A stretch of 64,000 nucleotides of DNA from Eledone cirrhosa (GCA_964016885.1 OZ024757.1:15872001-15936000), one strand, 5' to 3'. Shown: positions 14,709 through 30,021, counted from the first letter of the stretch. The notes: generated from the sequence alone by a model not told the origin. Translations and numbers: made by a program.

Positions 14709-16178
14709 TAATATCTATGCATTAGTTTATCACTGTTTCACCCAGAACACGTAGTGACATTCTGTAGAACTCTCTGGTTTCGAGAAACGCCTGTTGAAAA
14801 ACGCTGCTCTGGAGACGTGTTGGAGCAGTCATTCCAACAGGCGAGGCATACTCCTACGTGTGGCTAACTCCGCCTCGATAGCAGTGAGGGAGGAGGTGGT
14901 TCGGGGAACAAAAGTGCCAGAGGTCTCCATCCTTATAAGTTCAACGACAACCTATTAAAAAGGACCCAATATTTTAACAGCTTTGACAAATCTTCTGATG
15001 GGGCATTCTGAAATCCTAAGGTCCTTTGAGATGGCTCTGATTGTCTTTCCTGGGGTTTTATCGACTAACTAGACGGGCTTCCAATTAAACTTATTGCACA
15101 GTTAAACCTTTAGCATTTAAACCAGCCCTTTCCGGCCAGAATTCTCTCACCTCTTTCTGTTCAAACCGACCATAACTAACTGCTCATATTTATGTTAAAG
15201 CATTGTTCTCAAAATAAATAACATCAAAATCTCGTAGATTCAATATTATGTGAGATAATTATGTAAGATAAAGCCTTTACCACAAAAATACAATAGTATA
15301 CATAGAGTAATGTAAATGTTAAAGGGTAAACTTTGTATTTCTTATTCCACAATGGTTCAAGCATTGTGGAATAAGAAACAAGACTCTTACTTTTTAAACG
15401 TTTTTACAAACTCAGGTGTACTGATATTAGTAAGACCTTGTGCATGCGTTTTGCGCTAGACTGCTGATATAGGATCCCTGTCAGAAGCTTCCAGATCTTT
15501 GTAGGACAATGAAAGCTCGGTCTATTGACGAATGAACCAGGATCCCGCTGGAAGAAGTGTCGCTATTAATAAATACTTCTTAGATAACAGTTACATTGTG
15601 GAAGCTTCATTTCAACAATTGGAAGCACAAAAACCTAACCAAAGCATAACTATCTCTTTCACACACGCACACACACACATACACACACACAAACAAACAA
15701 ACATATACACACACACATGCATACACTCAAACACACGCACGCACATGCACACTGACACACACAAACACGCAGACACACACAAACACAGACACATGCATAT
15801 AGACACACATTCATACGCAGGATTCTTTTTAGATTTATCACGTTAAAGTTTAAATCACACAGAAATTATGTATGAGCTAAGCGATATCGGAAAGACTGCA
15901 AATGCTGTACCTGGAAGAAGCCTTTCAGTTCTATAAACTTCAGTTTAAGTGACTATAACAATGATGCCATTGTTCATATTATTGGTAGACACACACACAT
16001 ATATATATATACATACACACACAAGCACACACATACACACACATATATACACTCACACACACATATATATATATATATACACACAGATATACATACATAT
16101 ACATGCACATATAAATGTAAATATATACATGCATAGATAAATATATATACATATACATATATAGGTACATACATACAT

Positions 16179-16264
<86 letters not shown>

Positions 16265-16732
16265 GTATCTACACATATATATACACTAATATATATATAT
16301 ACATACATACATATATATATATAACAACAACAACAACAGCAACAGCAACACCAATACCAACAGTAACAACAACAACAACAACAAACGCAGCAATACCAAA
16401 AGTAACAACAACAACACCTCCAACAACACAAATACCAACAGTAAGAACAACAACTATATTTTCAATTCCGCATAGCATCCTTTTTAACTTTAGAATTGAA
16501 TTAGATTTACTCAGTTATAGAAATTAGATTCAAACGCGAATACATAACACAAAATCGATTATTATAATTTGAGCTGACGTTCTTCCTATATAGTTAGAAA
16601 ACATGAAATCATTGTCTTTCGTTTCCATTTTGGTTTTCTGAGAGAATTTACACTTATCGTCTATTTCGTTTGACAGTTGAATCTATAAATGATTTCATCA
16701 GTACGCATATATCTGTATAAATAACGTCGCTG

Positions 16733-17870
16733 GTGGTAGTATTAAATTCAAGAATAAATTCGTGATTCAATTCATATTTCGATTAATGGTTGAATACATG
16801 CTAGAGTTCAGTTCAGGGTTTAACTCGTAGTTCAATTCATGACTCAATTCGTAGTTTAATTCAATTGATGGTTCAATTTTTGTTTCAACTGGTGGTTCCA
16901 CTAATGGTTCAATTGATGGCTAAATTAATGACACAATTCAATTCATGATTCAATACATGGTTCAGTTCGTAGTTCAATTCGTGACTCAATTCCTAGTTCA
17001 ATTTATGTACCAATTCAAGATTCAATTTCTGGTAGTATTAAATTCAGGAATAAATTCGTGATTCAATTCATATTTCGATTTATGGTTGAATTCTTGGTTC
17101 AATACATGCTAGAGTTAAGGGTTCAACTCGTGGTTCAATTCATGACTCAATTCGTAGTTTAATTCAATTCATGGTTCAATTTTTGTTTCAACTGGTGGTT
17201 CCACTGATGGTTCAATTGATGGCTAAATTCATAACACAATTCAATAAATGGTTCAGTTCCTGGGTCAATTCATGGTTCAATTTATGTTTTAATTCAAGGT
17301 TCAATTTCTGTTTAAATCCATGGACAATCGATGGCTCAATTCATGACTCAATTTCTGTTTCAATTCGTGGTTTAATTCATGATTCAATTCCTTGTTCAAT
17401 TTCTGTTTCAATTCATCGAACAAGTTTTGTTTCAAATCATGGTTCAATTTCTGTTTCAATTCATGGTTTAAATGCTTTTTTCAATTCATGACTAAATTCA
17501 TAGTTCAATTCAAATCACGAGTCAATCATGGGTCATTTTCTGTTTCAATTCATAGTTTAAATGCTTTTTTCAATTCATGACTAAATTCATAGTTCAATTC
17601 AAATCACGTGTCAATTCATGGCTCATTTTCTGTTTCAATCCATGGTTCAATTGATGGCTCAATCCAAAACTCAATTCGTAGTTCAATTCAAATCACGAGT
17701 CAATTTGTGGATCAATTTTTGTTTCAATTCATTTTTAAATTTCTGTTTCAATTCATGGTTCAAGTTCTCCCTCAATTCATGGCTCAAATCATGAGTCAAT
17801 TCATACTTCAATTAAGAGCATGAGATAATTCTTGGTTCAATTTCTGTTACAATTTCTATTCAATTCAAAG
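16733..17870. repeat. Diverged ~12-bp satellite (GGTTCAATTCAT) with a ~295-bp higher-order duplication
   Basis: Recurrent TCAATT motif; block 'tggtagtattaaattca..' starts near 16734 and near 17030. Confidence 0.8.
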
Positions 17871-18787
17871 AGACTAATTCAGTTGGTCTCACTTTCGTTT
17901 TATTTCAGGTCCTGCTGAACCGTCTCAATCAACCAAGAGTCATTAACCCGCGGTATATGTAATTATCATATTAAGGGACACGGGTATTCTACCCATCCAA
18001 TCATGGGCCCACAACTCCCAATAGAGTTGTAGGGGCGCTGTCATCAAATACGGTGTATCTCGACGGATAAACCCGAGAGCAAGTTTGAAAACTTCAGCTT
18101 TGAACGCAACCGACTCCTGAGTCTATCTGAGCGCGCGTGTGTGTATGTGTGTGTGCTTGTGTGTGAAAGAGAGAGAGAGAGAGTCGACTACAGTACTCGA
18201 CTGTTACTTTATTTAGCGATATCAAAAGGTTGAAGGCGAAGTTGATCTCGGTGGAGTTAGAACTCAGAGAGCAGAGAACCAGAACGAATGCCACAAAGGA
18301 TTCCGTCGAACGTTCTAACGATTCTGTCAATTCACCGCCTTGTCTCCACATATATGTGAAGGCACGTGGTCTAGTGATAAGGGTGTTCGACTTACGGTCA
18401 TAATGTCGTAGATTCGGTACCTGGACTGCGTTGTGTGGTTTGTTCTTGAGCAAAGCACTTCAATTCCCGTTGCTCCAGTATACTCAGCTGAAAATGAGTA
18501 CCAGCAATAGCTTTAACCCTGTGATAGACTGGTATCCTGTGCAGCGGGAGCTTTGTACTCTCAGTCACTTTACGCCATGGGAACTAGGATAAACACAGGT
18601 CTAATGAGCCTGCGGGCTCGAGACAGATTTTAACCCTGTGATAGACTAGTATCCTGTCCAGCGGGAGTCTTGTAATCTTAGTTACTTCACGCCACGAAAC
18701 CTGGGATAAGCACCGGCCTGATTTTACACTTTTAGACCCCTACATAATCACATATATATATATTCTTCAACAAACGACTGTGTAGAG

Positions 18788-19106
18788 TAGGGGCGTGCAA
18801 CAGGTGGCCCTGGGGCCACAATCCGGCCCACCAAACCAGTCAGACTGTCCCGCGATGACCGTTTTTAATTTTTACCTTGTAGGCTTATTTAGAATTTTTT
18901 TCGTAACCGTAATACAATGTTCTGTTAGTTGACCTATATATACTAAAGGGCTTCACTGATAGGGTTATGTGTGTTATAATTTCCCAGTTCCATGTTATGG
19001 AAGAAGTGATGAATCTTTGGAATAGTGCTTAATAAATATTAATGGCCCTAATAGTTGCTCCAATCTTGAATAGTGACCCGCCACTGGAAAATGTTGCATA
19101 GCCCTG
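18788..19106. mobile_element. hAT-type MITE
   Basis: Ends tAGGGGCGTGCAAC and GTTGCATAGCCCTG, GGCCC subterminal motifs, 8-bp TSD GTGTAGAG/CTGTAGAG; inverted sibling at 29146-29544. Confidence 0.8.
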
Positions 19107-19474
19107 CTGTAGAGAGTTACAGAGAAGACTGTAAAATACTCCATCTCACGTTCTGACAACTCTACTAAAGAAACAGGAAGTACTAGAATAACTACAATAT
19201 AATATTAACCCTGTCAGTACCATATTTCTATTGAAAGACGTTGCCCTTATGTGTCATAGGATTTTGAAAATATTCAAGAATTTGGAAGGATTTAGGGATT
19301 TAGTAATATAAATAACTTTCTCAATATTAAGCTAGTGTTTTGTACAGACACCAGCAATGGTTGTTACATAAAAGAATTACCCTCACACACACATAAACAC
19401 ACAGACACACGCAAACACACATCAGTTTATCTATTTTCTATCTTTCTCCCTATTTATATACTTCCACCACCAAG

Positions 19475-19513
<39 letters not shown>

Positions 19514-19514
19514 G

Positions 19515-19623
<109 letters not shown>

Positions 19624-19657
19624 GTATATATATGTATATATATATATATATATGCAT

Positions 19658-19784
<127 letters not shown>

Positions 19785-19871
19785 TAACAAATCTCTCTCA
19801 GCCCTTTCCTCTCTCTCTCTGTATATATATGAATATATAAATGTATATGTGTGTGTGTATGTATGTACGTA

Positions 19872-20013
<142 letters not shown>

Positions 20014-20401
20014 GTGAGAGAGAGAGAGTAAGAAAGAAAGAAAGAGAGAGAGAGAGAGATACTTGTTTACTTCCAACAAATATAGAAGGGATGAGAAATA
20101 TAGTCTAATACGAGTTTTAACAACAGTTCTGATATCCAACTTTGTTTCAGGCGACTTTCTTTCGTTGTACAATAATCGTGTCGTATTAAATTTCCAATAT
20201 TCTTAACAAATAAGTGTTCACCCTCCTTCCCATCCCTCCTCACTGCCACCCCAACCCCAGAAAGTCGACAAACTTGGAGGTAAAATCCAATGAAGTAAAG
20301 CACTCGACAAAAATCAAAATATTCATTCAATAAAAGTATTTTAAGAACCAAACATACGCATATTACAACTGATTCCTTCAGTACTATAGAAAAAAACAAT
20401 G

Positions 20402-20457
<56 letters not shown>

Positions 20458-20543
20458 ATATATAGGTGTATGTATGTATACTTATACATATATATGTATA
20501 TATATATATATACTTATATATATGAGCACATATGTAAATATAG

Positions 20544-20620
<77 letters not shown>

Positions 20621-20854
20621 CTTACATATATATATATATATACATACAGACTTACATATATATATATATACATACAGATATATATATATATATACATATA
20701 CATATACACACACAACCGCGCATATATAATAAAAAATATGTATTCTGTATAAATTGCAAAAGGCATGTGTGTGTTTGTGTGTTTACACAAACACACACAT
20801 GGATACCTTTTACAATGTATACAGAATACATATTTTTTATTATATATGCGCGGT

Positions 20855-20903
<49 letters not shown>

Positions 20904-20938
20904 GTATGTATATATATATATATATATATGTAAGTCTG

Positions 20939-20969
<31 letters not shown>

Positions 20970-21013
20970 TACAATGTATACAGAATACATATTTTTTATT
21001 ATATATGCGCGGT

Positions 21014-21087
<74 letters not shown>

Positions 21088-21093
21088 TGTAAG

Positions 21094-21142
<49 letters not shown>

Positions 21143-21553
21143 GGATGTATATATATATATATGTAAGTCTGTATGTATATATATATGTGTGTAAGTATGT
21201 ATATATATATATATATATATAAATATATATATATATTTTTATATTTACATATGTGTGCATATATATAAGTATATATATATACAAACTCATGCATACATAC
21301 GCACACATAATACATACATAGACACACATACTATATACACACACATATAAACACAAATACACACACACACATATGTCCCCAGGAATGTATACACACTTTG
21401 TACAGGCAATATTTTTTGAATGCTGTTGAAGTGTGTATACATTTTTGGGGGACCATACTCAACAAGACATCTATCCATCCATACATTCATACATCGATCC
21501 ATACACGCACACATACACATATATATATATATATATATATACACACTCAAAAT

Positions 21554-21622
<69 letters not shown>

Positions 21623-21911
21623 CCTATTACAAGCTCACATACACACATGCATACATTTTGCCATGTATACAGCATACAATATCCATAGAAACGTACATAT
21701 GCATACATACATACATGCATACGTACATACGTATACACATACTCAGATACATATATACAATATACATACATACAAGCACATATAAACACATACCTATACA
21801 TACATACAACAGTATTATACAGAGATTGTTATATATATAAACATACATACATACACATACAGACCAACATACAATATATAATATACATACATATACATAC
21901 ATACATATACA

Positions 21912-21999
<88 letters not shown>

Positions 22000-22398
22000 A
22001 CAGTATTGTACAGAGATTGTAACATACACAAAATAATTGAAACACTCGATAAAAATTGAAGAAATGAAAAATGATAGAAAAAGATCTTAAAGATTCCATG
22101 GAAAAATATATTTTGTCAATCGTATCTGTAAAATAAAACGAAGATTTAATTCTGAAGTAGCCATTGCTACAAGCTATAGATGGTCGTCTCTTCTAGAACA
22201 TACATATACACATACACACATATATATATATACATCTATATGTATATATATATATATATATACACATATATATACATATATATATATATATCTTTATAAC
22301 AATATATAATATATATTATATGTATATGTGTGTATATATATATACACATATATATACATATATATATATCTTTATAACAATATATAATATATATTATA

Positions 22399-22466
<68 letters not shown>

Positions 22467-22925
22467 CATATATACATTCATACATACATTCATATACATA
22501 CATACATTATATATACATACATACATATATATACAGATATATATATATATATACATACATACATATATGCACGTATGCATACATACATATATATATACAG
22601 ATATATATATATACATACATACATGTATGTACGTATGCATACATACTACATACATACATAGATATACATATACATAATACATACATACATACCTTCGTAC
22701 ATACATATATAATAACATACATAGATCCGGTTGTTATAGTTTGGTGTGAGATGAATAGTTTTCATATTAGTTTCTTGTTGAAGCACCTATAAGATGAAGT
22801 GGGGGTGTGAAGTGAGGATGGGTGTGAAGTGGGATGGGGCGTGGTGGGGTTGGTTTGGACAGCTATGGACGCTTGAATGGCTGCGTAGTTGACTCGTGTG
22901 GATTTGGGTTCACTCCTACTAACAT

Positions 22926-23332
22926 GTGGTGGATTGGCAGTATCGGTAGAGGGTCGGACGCCATGCTTTCCAGCATAGTTACGTCCCTTTACGATCTGAA
23001 TTCAAATCCCGCCGGGGTTGACTTTGCCTTTCATCCTTACGGGGTCGATAAAATAAAGTACCAGTAATGCACTGGTGTAATTGCTGGCCTTGTGCCTAAA
23101 GTAGAAATAATTATGTACAAGTAACTGAGGGCGGTGGATTGGCAGTATCAGTAGAGGGTCGGACGCCATGCTTTCCAGCCTAGTTACGTCCAGCACAGTT
23201 ACGTCCCTTTACGATCTGAGTTCAAATCCCGCCGAGGTTGACTTTGCCTTTCATCCTTACGGGGTCGATAAAATAAAGTACAAGTAATGCACTGAATATT
23301 TGCTGGCCTTGTGCCTAAAGTACAAACAATTA
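22926..23332 (+). mobile_element. Two tandem SINE family S copies
   Basis: Second copy is flanked by the direct repeat AATTATGTACAAGTAACTG (23109-23127 and 23328-23346); an older related SINE follows at 23364-23520. Confidence 0.9.
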
Positions 23333-23725
23333 TGTACAAGTAACTGTCTTTTACTATATCTCAAGGCGGCGAATTGGCAGAGTCGATAGAACGTCAGATA
23401 TAATGCTTCGTAGTATTTCGGCTCTCTGGTCTCTGATTTCAAATCCCGTCGAGGTCCACTTTACCTTCTCATCCATTCATAGTTGATTTAAATGTACCAG
23501 TTAAATAATGGTGTCGATTCTTCCTCTATATCATTTTCTCAATTCCATTCTCTCATTCTCTATCCTTCTCTGGAAGAAATCTACTGTATTCAGACCTGGA
23601 GCGCAGATGGATTCCGCCTGGTTTAAAGCAACACCCTAGAATCACCGTATGTCAATAGGGCGCACATAAGATTCCCCAGAAATTGAGGGACCCTGCATCA
23701 AACACACACACACACATATAAATAT

Positions 23726-24307
23726 ATAAGGAAAAAAGATGAAATCGAAAATGCAACTGGAGTTTTTTTAAGAATATTTATTTGGTTCCTTTACCGGTTT
23801 CATAGTTCTTATGCTTTTTAAAAGTAGAATTGAGATGGAGGGTTTGTGGTTTTTCTCGCATCTGATACGAGAAAAACCACAAACCGCTAAAGGAACCAAA
23901 TAAATATTCTTAAAAAGACTCCAGTTGCATTTTCGATTTCATCTTTTTTCCTTATACTTTCACATCTTTTAGTTTCAAAATATCCCGTTAAGGGTGAACG
24001 CAGCGATTCTTTGCTTAAACTTTAATCTGTTATTTTAATAAATATTTGCTCTACGGTTCTTATATATTTGATATATATTTATCCTTATCGAGCCCTCTTT
24101 GGATTTTAGTCTTCAAATTTATTATTATTACTATATATATATATATATATATATAAAGAAAAAGAGATGAAATCGAAAATGCAACTGAAGTCTTATTTTT
24201 AAAAAAAATAAGACTTCAGTTGCATTTTCGATTTCATCTCTTTTTCTTTATACTTCCACTCGTGTAGGACACCTCGGTTATTTTTCATTTTGTAAAAAAA
24301 ACCTCAC

Positions 24308-24315
<8 letters not shown>
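23726..24315 (+). mobile_element. Two fold-back insertions, family F
   Basis: Both have arms containing GATGAAATCGAAAATGCAACTG and its reverse complement, each followed by a tail and (TA)n. Confidence 0.7.
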
Positions 24316-24357
<42 letters not shown>

Positions 24358-25689
24358 ATCACAGAAAAAAAGAGAATCAGTGTTGCGATGAAGGGAATTT
24401 ATTGGACATATTACAATCATTTCTCTGGCGACCAGCTCGAGGCACGATCGATGTGATGATCGAACCTGACTCTGAAAATCGCAAGGTCCTCAGATATATC
24501 TTGATTCTATGAAGCTCATACGCCCTACCGCATACAGACGCATTAAGCATCCAATACCAATTATATATATATATATATTTCACTTTATTAAGGGTAAATA
24601 GTGAGTCTAGTTTATATATAACATAGTTTAACTAAACCACAAACATCCAATGGCGGAATACAAGCTAGACAAGGCAGACCAATATTAAATATAATACATA
24701 TATATATAAGTGTGTGTGTATAAGAGTATATATACATATTTCGCGGCATTTTCTAACATGAATGTAGTTTGACCCTTACACTACACTTCTTTCTCCATTT
24801 CTTTATTTCTTCCCCTTCTTCTTTGACGGAGTGGTGGTAGCGCATTATAAGCCTTCGCCCCCTCACCAGATATTCATTGGTAGTTTTCAGTTGCCAACAC
24901 TTTGAGGGCGGCTGGCTGAGAGCTAGTTGGTCAGCCGTCCTCTCTGTCTCTGATTTTTCGGACCCATGGCTTTTTACATATTCCTTTGTTATATTCCAAT
25001 ATCTGATGATATCACCGGATTCATATGGAACCCGATCATTGAAATGATCATAGTACAATAAACCTTTCAAGGATTTACACCAGTCCAGCCTCCTGTTATT
25101 TCATTTATAATTAACTCCGTATTCGCACCACCAATTACACAAACGAAGATGGGTGAACTGCACTGCGTTGAGTACTCTTCACAATATTACACCAGGATTG
25201 ACCATACGGAATGATCAGTTCTATCCAGTGGTGAACCAACAAACCTAAAGATATATATATATTTATATATATATGTGTGTGTGTGTGTGAGTGTGTGTGT
25301 CTTCTTAGCATAATTGAACCTTGACAAATAAAGAGTGTCTGCTTTTGTATCTCTCTGTATCACTATGTATTTTTCCCTAATTATAGATTTTTAAAGAATC
25401 CCCATTCTCTAAATCCTCAGGCAATGACCTCCAGCCATCCCAATCACTACCTCCCCTACCACCAGAAAATGTATAAATACCACCATAACACATTGACAAT
25501 CGGCTTTCCCGATGATTTCCTTCGAATGAAACAGTTCTTGTCCTGTAGAAGCCATTTCTATATTAAATATATATATATATGGGGAGGGTCATATTGTTAT
25601 AAATATTGCCAGAAATAATAATAAAACACACTCACCAAATATAACAATATTTGTTTCAACACACGATTTCATATAAAAAAACCTTGCAA

Positions 25690-25735
<46 letters not shown>

Positions 25736-25969
25736 AAAATTGCAAACTTGACTGTCACCACATATTATGAACCTGAAGATTGCGAAAGCATGAAAGTACT
25801 TGTTCAATTAACACTTAGAATTTAATATTCTATCATACTATTTCATTATAATACCATTATAAATTTTAAAGGATTGTAAATAAAACGAGTAAATCAGACA
25901 AAGTGGGAATTCCTCTTATTAATATAATCTTCTATACACAATCATACACACCCGTGTATATTTATCTAT

Positions 25970-26025
<56 letters not shown>

Positions 26026-26030
26026 ATCTA

Positions 26031-26079
<49 letters not shown>

Positions 26080-26698
26080 ATGAGAAGAAAGAAGAATACT
26101 GCGTGGTTGCACATGGGTTACATATGATAAAAATAGTCCTTCGTCAGTGATTTGCCAACCATCATTGATATTTCATCGCATTAAAAATCATATACCTCAG
26201 GTTGGTGCTAGCAATAACTAAAAAAAGCTATTGGGACAAGTAAATCGCGTAAAGCGAGTGAGACAAGTAAATAACATAGAAGGATGAAAGCAACGCAAAG
26301 ATGGGAATAAACAAGCAACATGGTTATCCGGTCAGCATAAGCTGGGTGGATTTCATGAGCGATCAAGATACAGACCGTCCGACGTGAGTGAGATGTGAGC
26401 AAGAAGAGAACCCACTACTAGCCAAACGGGAGGAAGGGAGAAGGGGAGAAACAGAGAGTGAGTGAGTGGAAGTGCGAGGAAGAGGTCAGTCGAGAGAAAG
26501 TGTAACTGACAGAGGGGGCGAAAGAAGGTGAGAGGAACAGAGAGAACGGGGAAGCAGTAAGAGAGAAACAGACAAACGCAGCCGAGATAGTAATAATAAT
26601 AAATTTGAAGACTAAAATCCAAAGAGGGCTCGATAAGGATAAATATATATCAAATATATAAGAACTGTAGAGCAAATATTTATTAAAATAACAGATTA

Positions 26699-26730
<32 letters not shown>

Positions 26731-26733
<3 letters not shown>

Positions 26734-27201
26734 AAAGTTTTATTTAAAATTGTTGGGTTACAACAAGTAAATATTTTATAACTGATATAAAGCACTCGAC
26801 AAGTTTTGGAGTAGATATACGATATTAAACAAATGGAAACTATATTTATAAAACCATATTTATTTCATTATACATATTTCGGGGATACCATATTAAAAAT
26901 ATGGCATGCCTTCTTCAGATAAAATACAATATATAAACAGTTTTATAAATAATTTTTCTCCCTCTTTCTTTTTAACTGTGCTTAACACTAAATATTTATA
27001 AACATCTCACTACCAAACCGGCTTCCTACATAACGGTTGCTCAATATTTATGGTACGTCAAAATTATTTATAAAACTGTTTATATATTGTATTTTATCTG
27101 AAGAAGGCATGCCATATTTTTAATATGGTATCCCCGAAATATGTATAATGAAATAAATATGGGTTTATAAATATAGTTTCCATTTGTTTAATATCGTATA
27201 T
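26731..27201 (-). mobile_element. Fold-back insertion, family B, with HHR in each arm
   Basis: Arms about 26814-26956 and 27060-27201, tail on the left; CTGAAGA at 27098 and GAAA at 27136. Confidence 0.8.
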
Positions 27202-27203
27202 AT

Positions 27204-27277
<74 letters not shown>

Positions 27278-28282
27278 TACTGACACAGTTATTACGCGTA
27301 TTACACGAAGTATTGAATCATCCGTGCAATGTGTGACGTAAGGTAGACTAAAATCAATTGTGGAATAAACCAGAACCTATACCACTGCAATTGACAGTAA
27401 TTTACACTGTAAGTAAAAGTACTTTTCATTGTAAATGGGATTGGTTTATTCGAGCGCAGGTTGCTTGTGTACCAGTACCAGATGCTTCTATTGACTAGTA
27501 AGACAAGATACATAGATCGATAATATTTTTCTCTGACTCTCTACTGTAAATAGAGTTTGATCACAAAAACGTACAATTCCGAGGAAGCAGGCAGCAGGCC
27601 TATTATGTCTCAAGCTGGTATCTTGGGCTCTGTAATTTTCGCATTTATATATTGAAGTGGCGAGATGTACGTCACTCGCAACTGATAGGAAAGAAAGACG
27701 GCGTGAGGGGGGGGGGGGGAGAACGAAAGAAAGGACGAAAGGAAGAAATAATGATAAAGAAAAAAAGGAGATAAGAGAAAAAATGAGTGATGTATTTAGG
27801 TCACGGTTCTATTTTTGTATTTATTTTTTTTTACTGATTTTTGTTCGTTTGTTTGTTGTTTATTTTGGTGTTGTTTTTTTTTTCTTCTTGATTTGTTTAA
27901 TCCAGACAAAGATATCTTTGGTACAATGGTAAGGATGTCTTTAATTGTAAAGATGTCAGAATACTATTAATCATTTGTAATTATTTTATACACCTTCGAA
28001 AGATGAAAGGAACCGCCGCCAATAATGGCGACATTTTGAAATTTCTAAACAACAGAGAACGACTGTGACTAACAACCGGAAATATTTAACCCTTTTTATA
28101 CCAAAGAGCCTGAAACCGCCTCTGTTTTTAGGATACAAATCTGTTTAATTTAAACTGATTATATTTATCTTAAAAACACCTTCCACTATAATTCTATGTA
28201 AGAACCTTTGATGAGTTACATTCCAAGTACTAGATTCACTCTTATAATACGAAACCACCACCCCTAGTTCTGTGATACAAAA

Positions 28283-28376
<94 letters not shown>

Positions 28377-28541
28377 GATACCAAGGACGATTGATTACTC
28401 CTTCATTGCATTTATTGATAGGTGACGCGCGTTACGCCACTGATCAGCTCAAGGTTCGATCTGTATCGATCCTACCCGACTCAATAATCGGCGGCTCGAC
28501 GGACCTGGGTGAACCTGCAGTAACTCCAAGTTACACCCCCT

Positions 28542-28577
<36 letters not shown>

Positions 28578-28579
<2 letters not shown>

Positions 28580-28721
28580 CAAAGAAGGTGTGGTAAGATA
28601 CCAGATGGACCATAACGCACCAGAGTACTCGATACTTAGGGTAGTAGAGCGGGTAATAGATCCGAATGGATCTAGCTGTCGAAATGGCCGGAGCTCAGCC
28701 GTCGGGGTCCTGACTCTTTTC
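28578..28721 (-). mobile_element. Family A insertion (internally deleted tailed arm)
   Basis: Tail joined to TAGATCC, followed by the inverted arm carrying the HHR 3' half. Confidence 0.7.
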
Positions 28722-29145
28722 ATATATACACACACACATACACACACACACATATATATATATATATAACCGTATGTACCGAAGTAGTGCTTTAATATTC
28801 ATTTATATTGAGACTAAAATGTTTATCACAGGGTCATCAGATGATCCTTTGATAAACAGGTGAAACTCCAGAGTAACAAGACTCATTTTAACAAAGCAAA
28901 CGACACAGTACAATGAAGAAATATATTATTAGTCTTATGCTTGATATAGTAGGAAAATTCTTTTCTGTATTTCGGACGCTAGTCCTTCATCAGAAAATAG
29001 AATGAGAAATCAAAGAAGAAATAGAAAGATAAAGGAGAGTGGGCAGTGGCAGAGAGGAAACAATCTTTTAGAAAAATCAGGTCCATTCAAGTCGCAATCC
29101 TTTTTGAGACACAAGTATACGTAAATTATGTTCCAAACCCTAGCT

Positions 29146-29544
29146 CAAGTGTGCAACATATTCTATTGGCGGGCAACTTTTGAACATTGGACAACTATTA
29201 GGGGCCATTAATATTTATTAAGCGCTATTCCAATGATTCACCACAACTCCTTTCCATAACGTGGAACTGGGAAATTATAACACACATAACCCTATCAGTG
29301 AAGTCCTTTAGTATAGGTCAAAACCACAACTTCTTTCCATAACATGGGACTGGAAAGTTATAACACACATAACCCTATCAGTGAAGCCCTTTAGTATAGG
29401 TCAAATAACAGAAAATTGTATTACGGTTACGAAAAAAATTCTAAATAAGCCTACAAGGTAAAAATTAAAAACGGTCATCGCGTCCCACTCTGACTAGTCT
29501 GGCGGGCCGATTGTGGCCCGCGGGCCACCTGTTGCACGCCCCTG
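29146..29544. mobile_element. hAT-type MITE, sibling of 18788-19106
   Basis: Reverse complement of the 18.8 kb copy, with an internal ~80-bp tandem duplication. Confidence 0.8.
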
Positions 29545-29764
29545 GTTTAGATCAATGGTGTGGCTATGTTTTCCCCAGTTTCGTTACTGGTCGATACATC
29601 AATTCAATAACCTGACCACTTTCAAGAATTTTTCTTCTTCCTAAGATATAATTGTAGAAAAATATATAATTTTGTAGAATGCTTAGTTGAGAAATAATGA
29701 CAAGATTACATCTAGGGAAATAATTCACTGCATATAATAGCGATCAAGAAATAGATGTATATAT

Positions 29765-29795
<31 letters not shown>

Positions 29796-29947
29796 GGCGA
29801 GTGAATGTGGGTGGGGGTGGGGGCGGGCGGTGAGTGAGTGCGTGTGTGTTTAAGTGGCTAAAATGATTCTTCCTCTATGTAATTGTTTCAGTTTTCTACA
29901 TACTGTTCCAGATCAAGTCACTTGCCAAACAAGTACAGGAACCCACC

Positions 29948-30021
<74 letters not shown>

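Noticed and set aside
14854-14931. Protocadherin call from IAVREEVVRGTKV
   Set aside because: Only a superficial match to a cadherin-repeat start; there is no long exon or other cadherin motif and the frame stops soon after.
22926-23010. tRNA genes
   Set aside because: The A/B-box sequences are SINE heads continuing into SINE bodies; no cloverleaf is evident.
24753-25070. 105-aa minus-strand ORF as a host exon
   Set aside because: No recognisable motif and no consistent splice boundaries.
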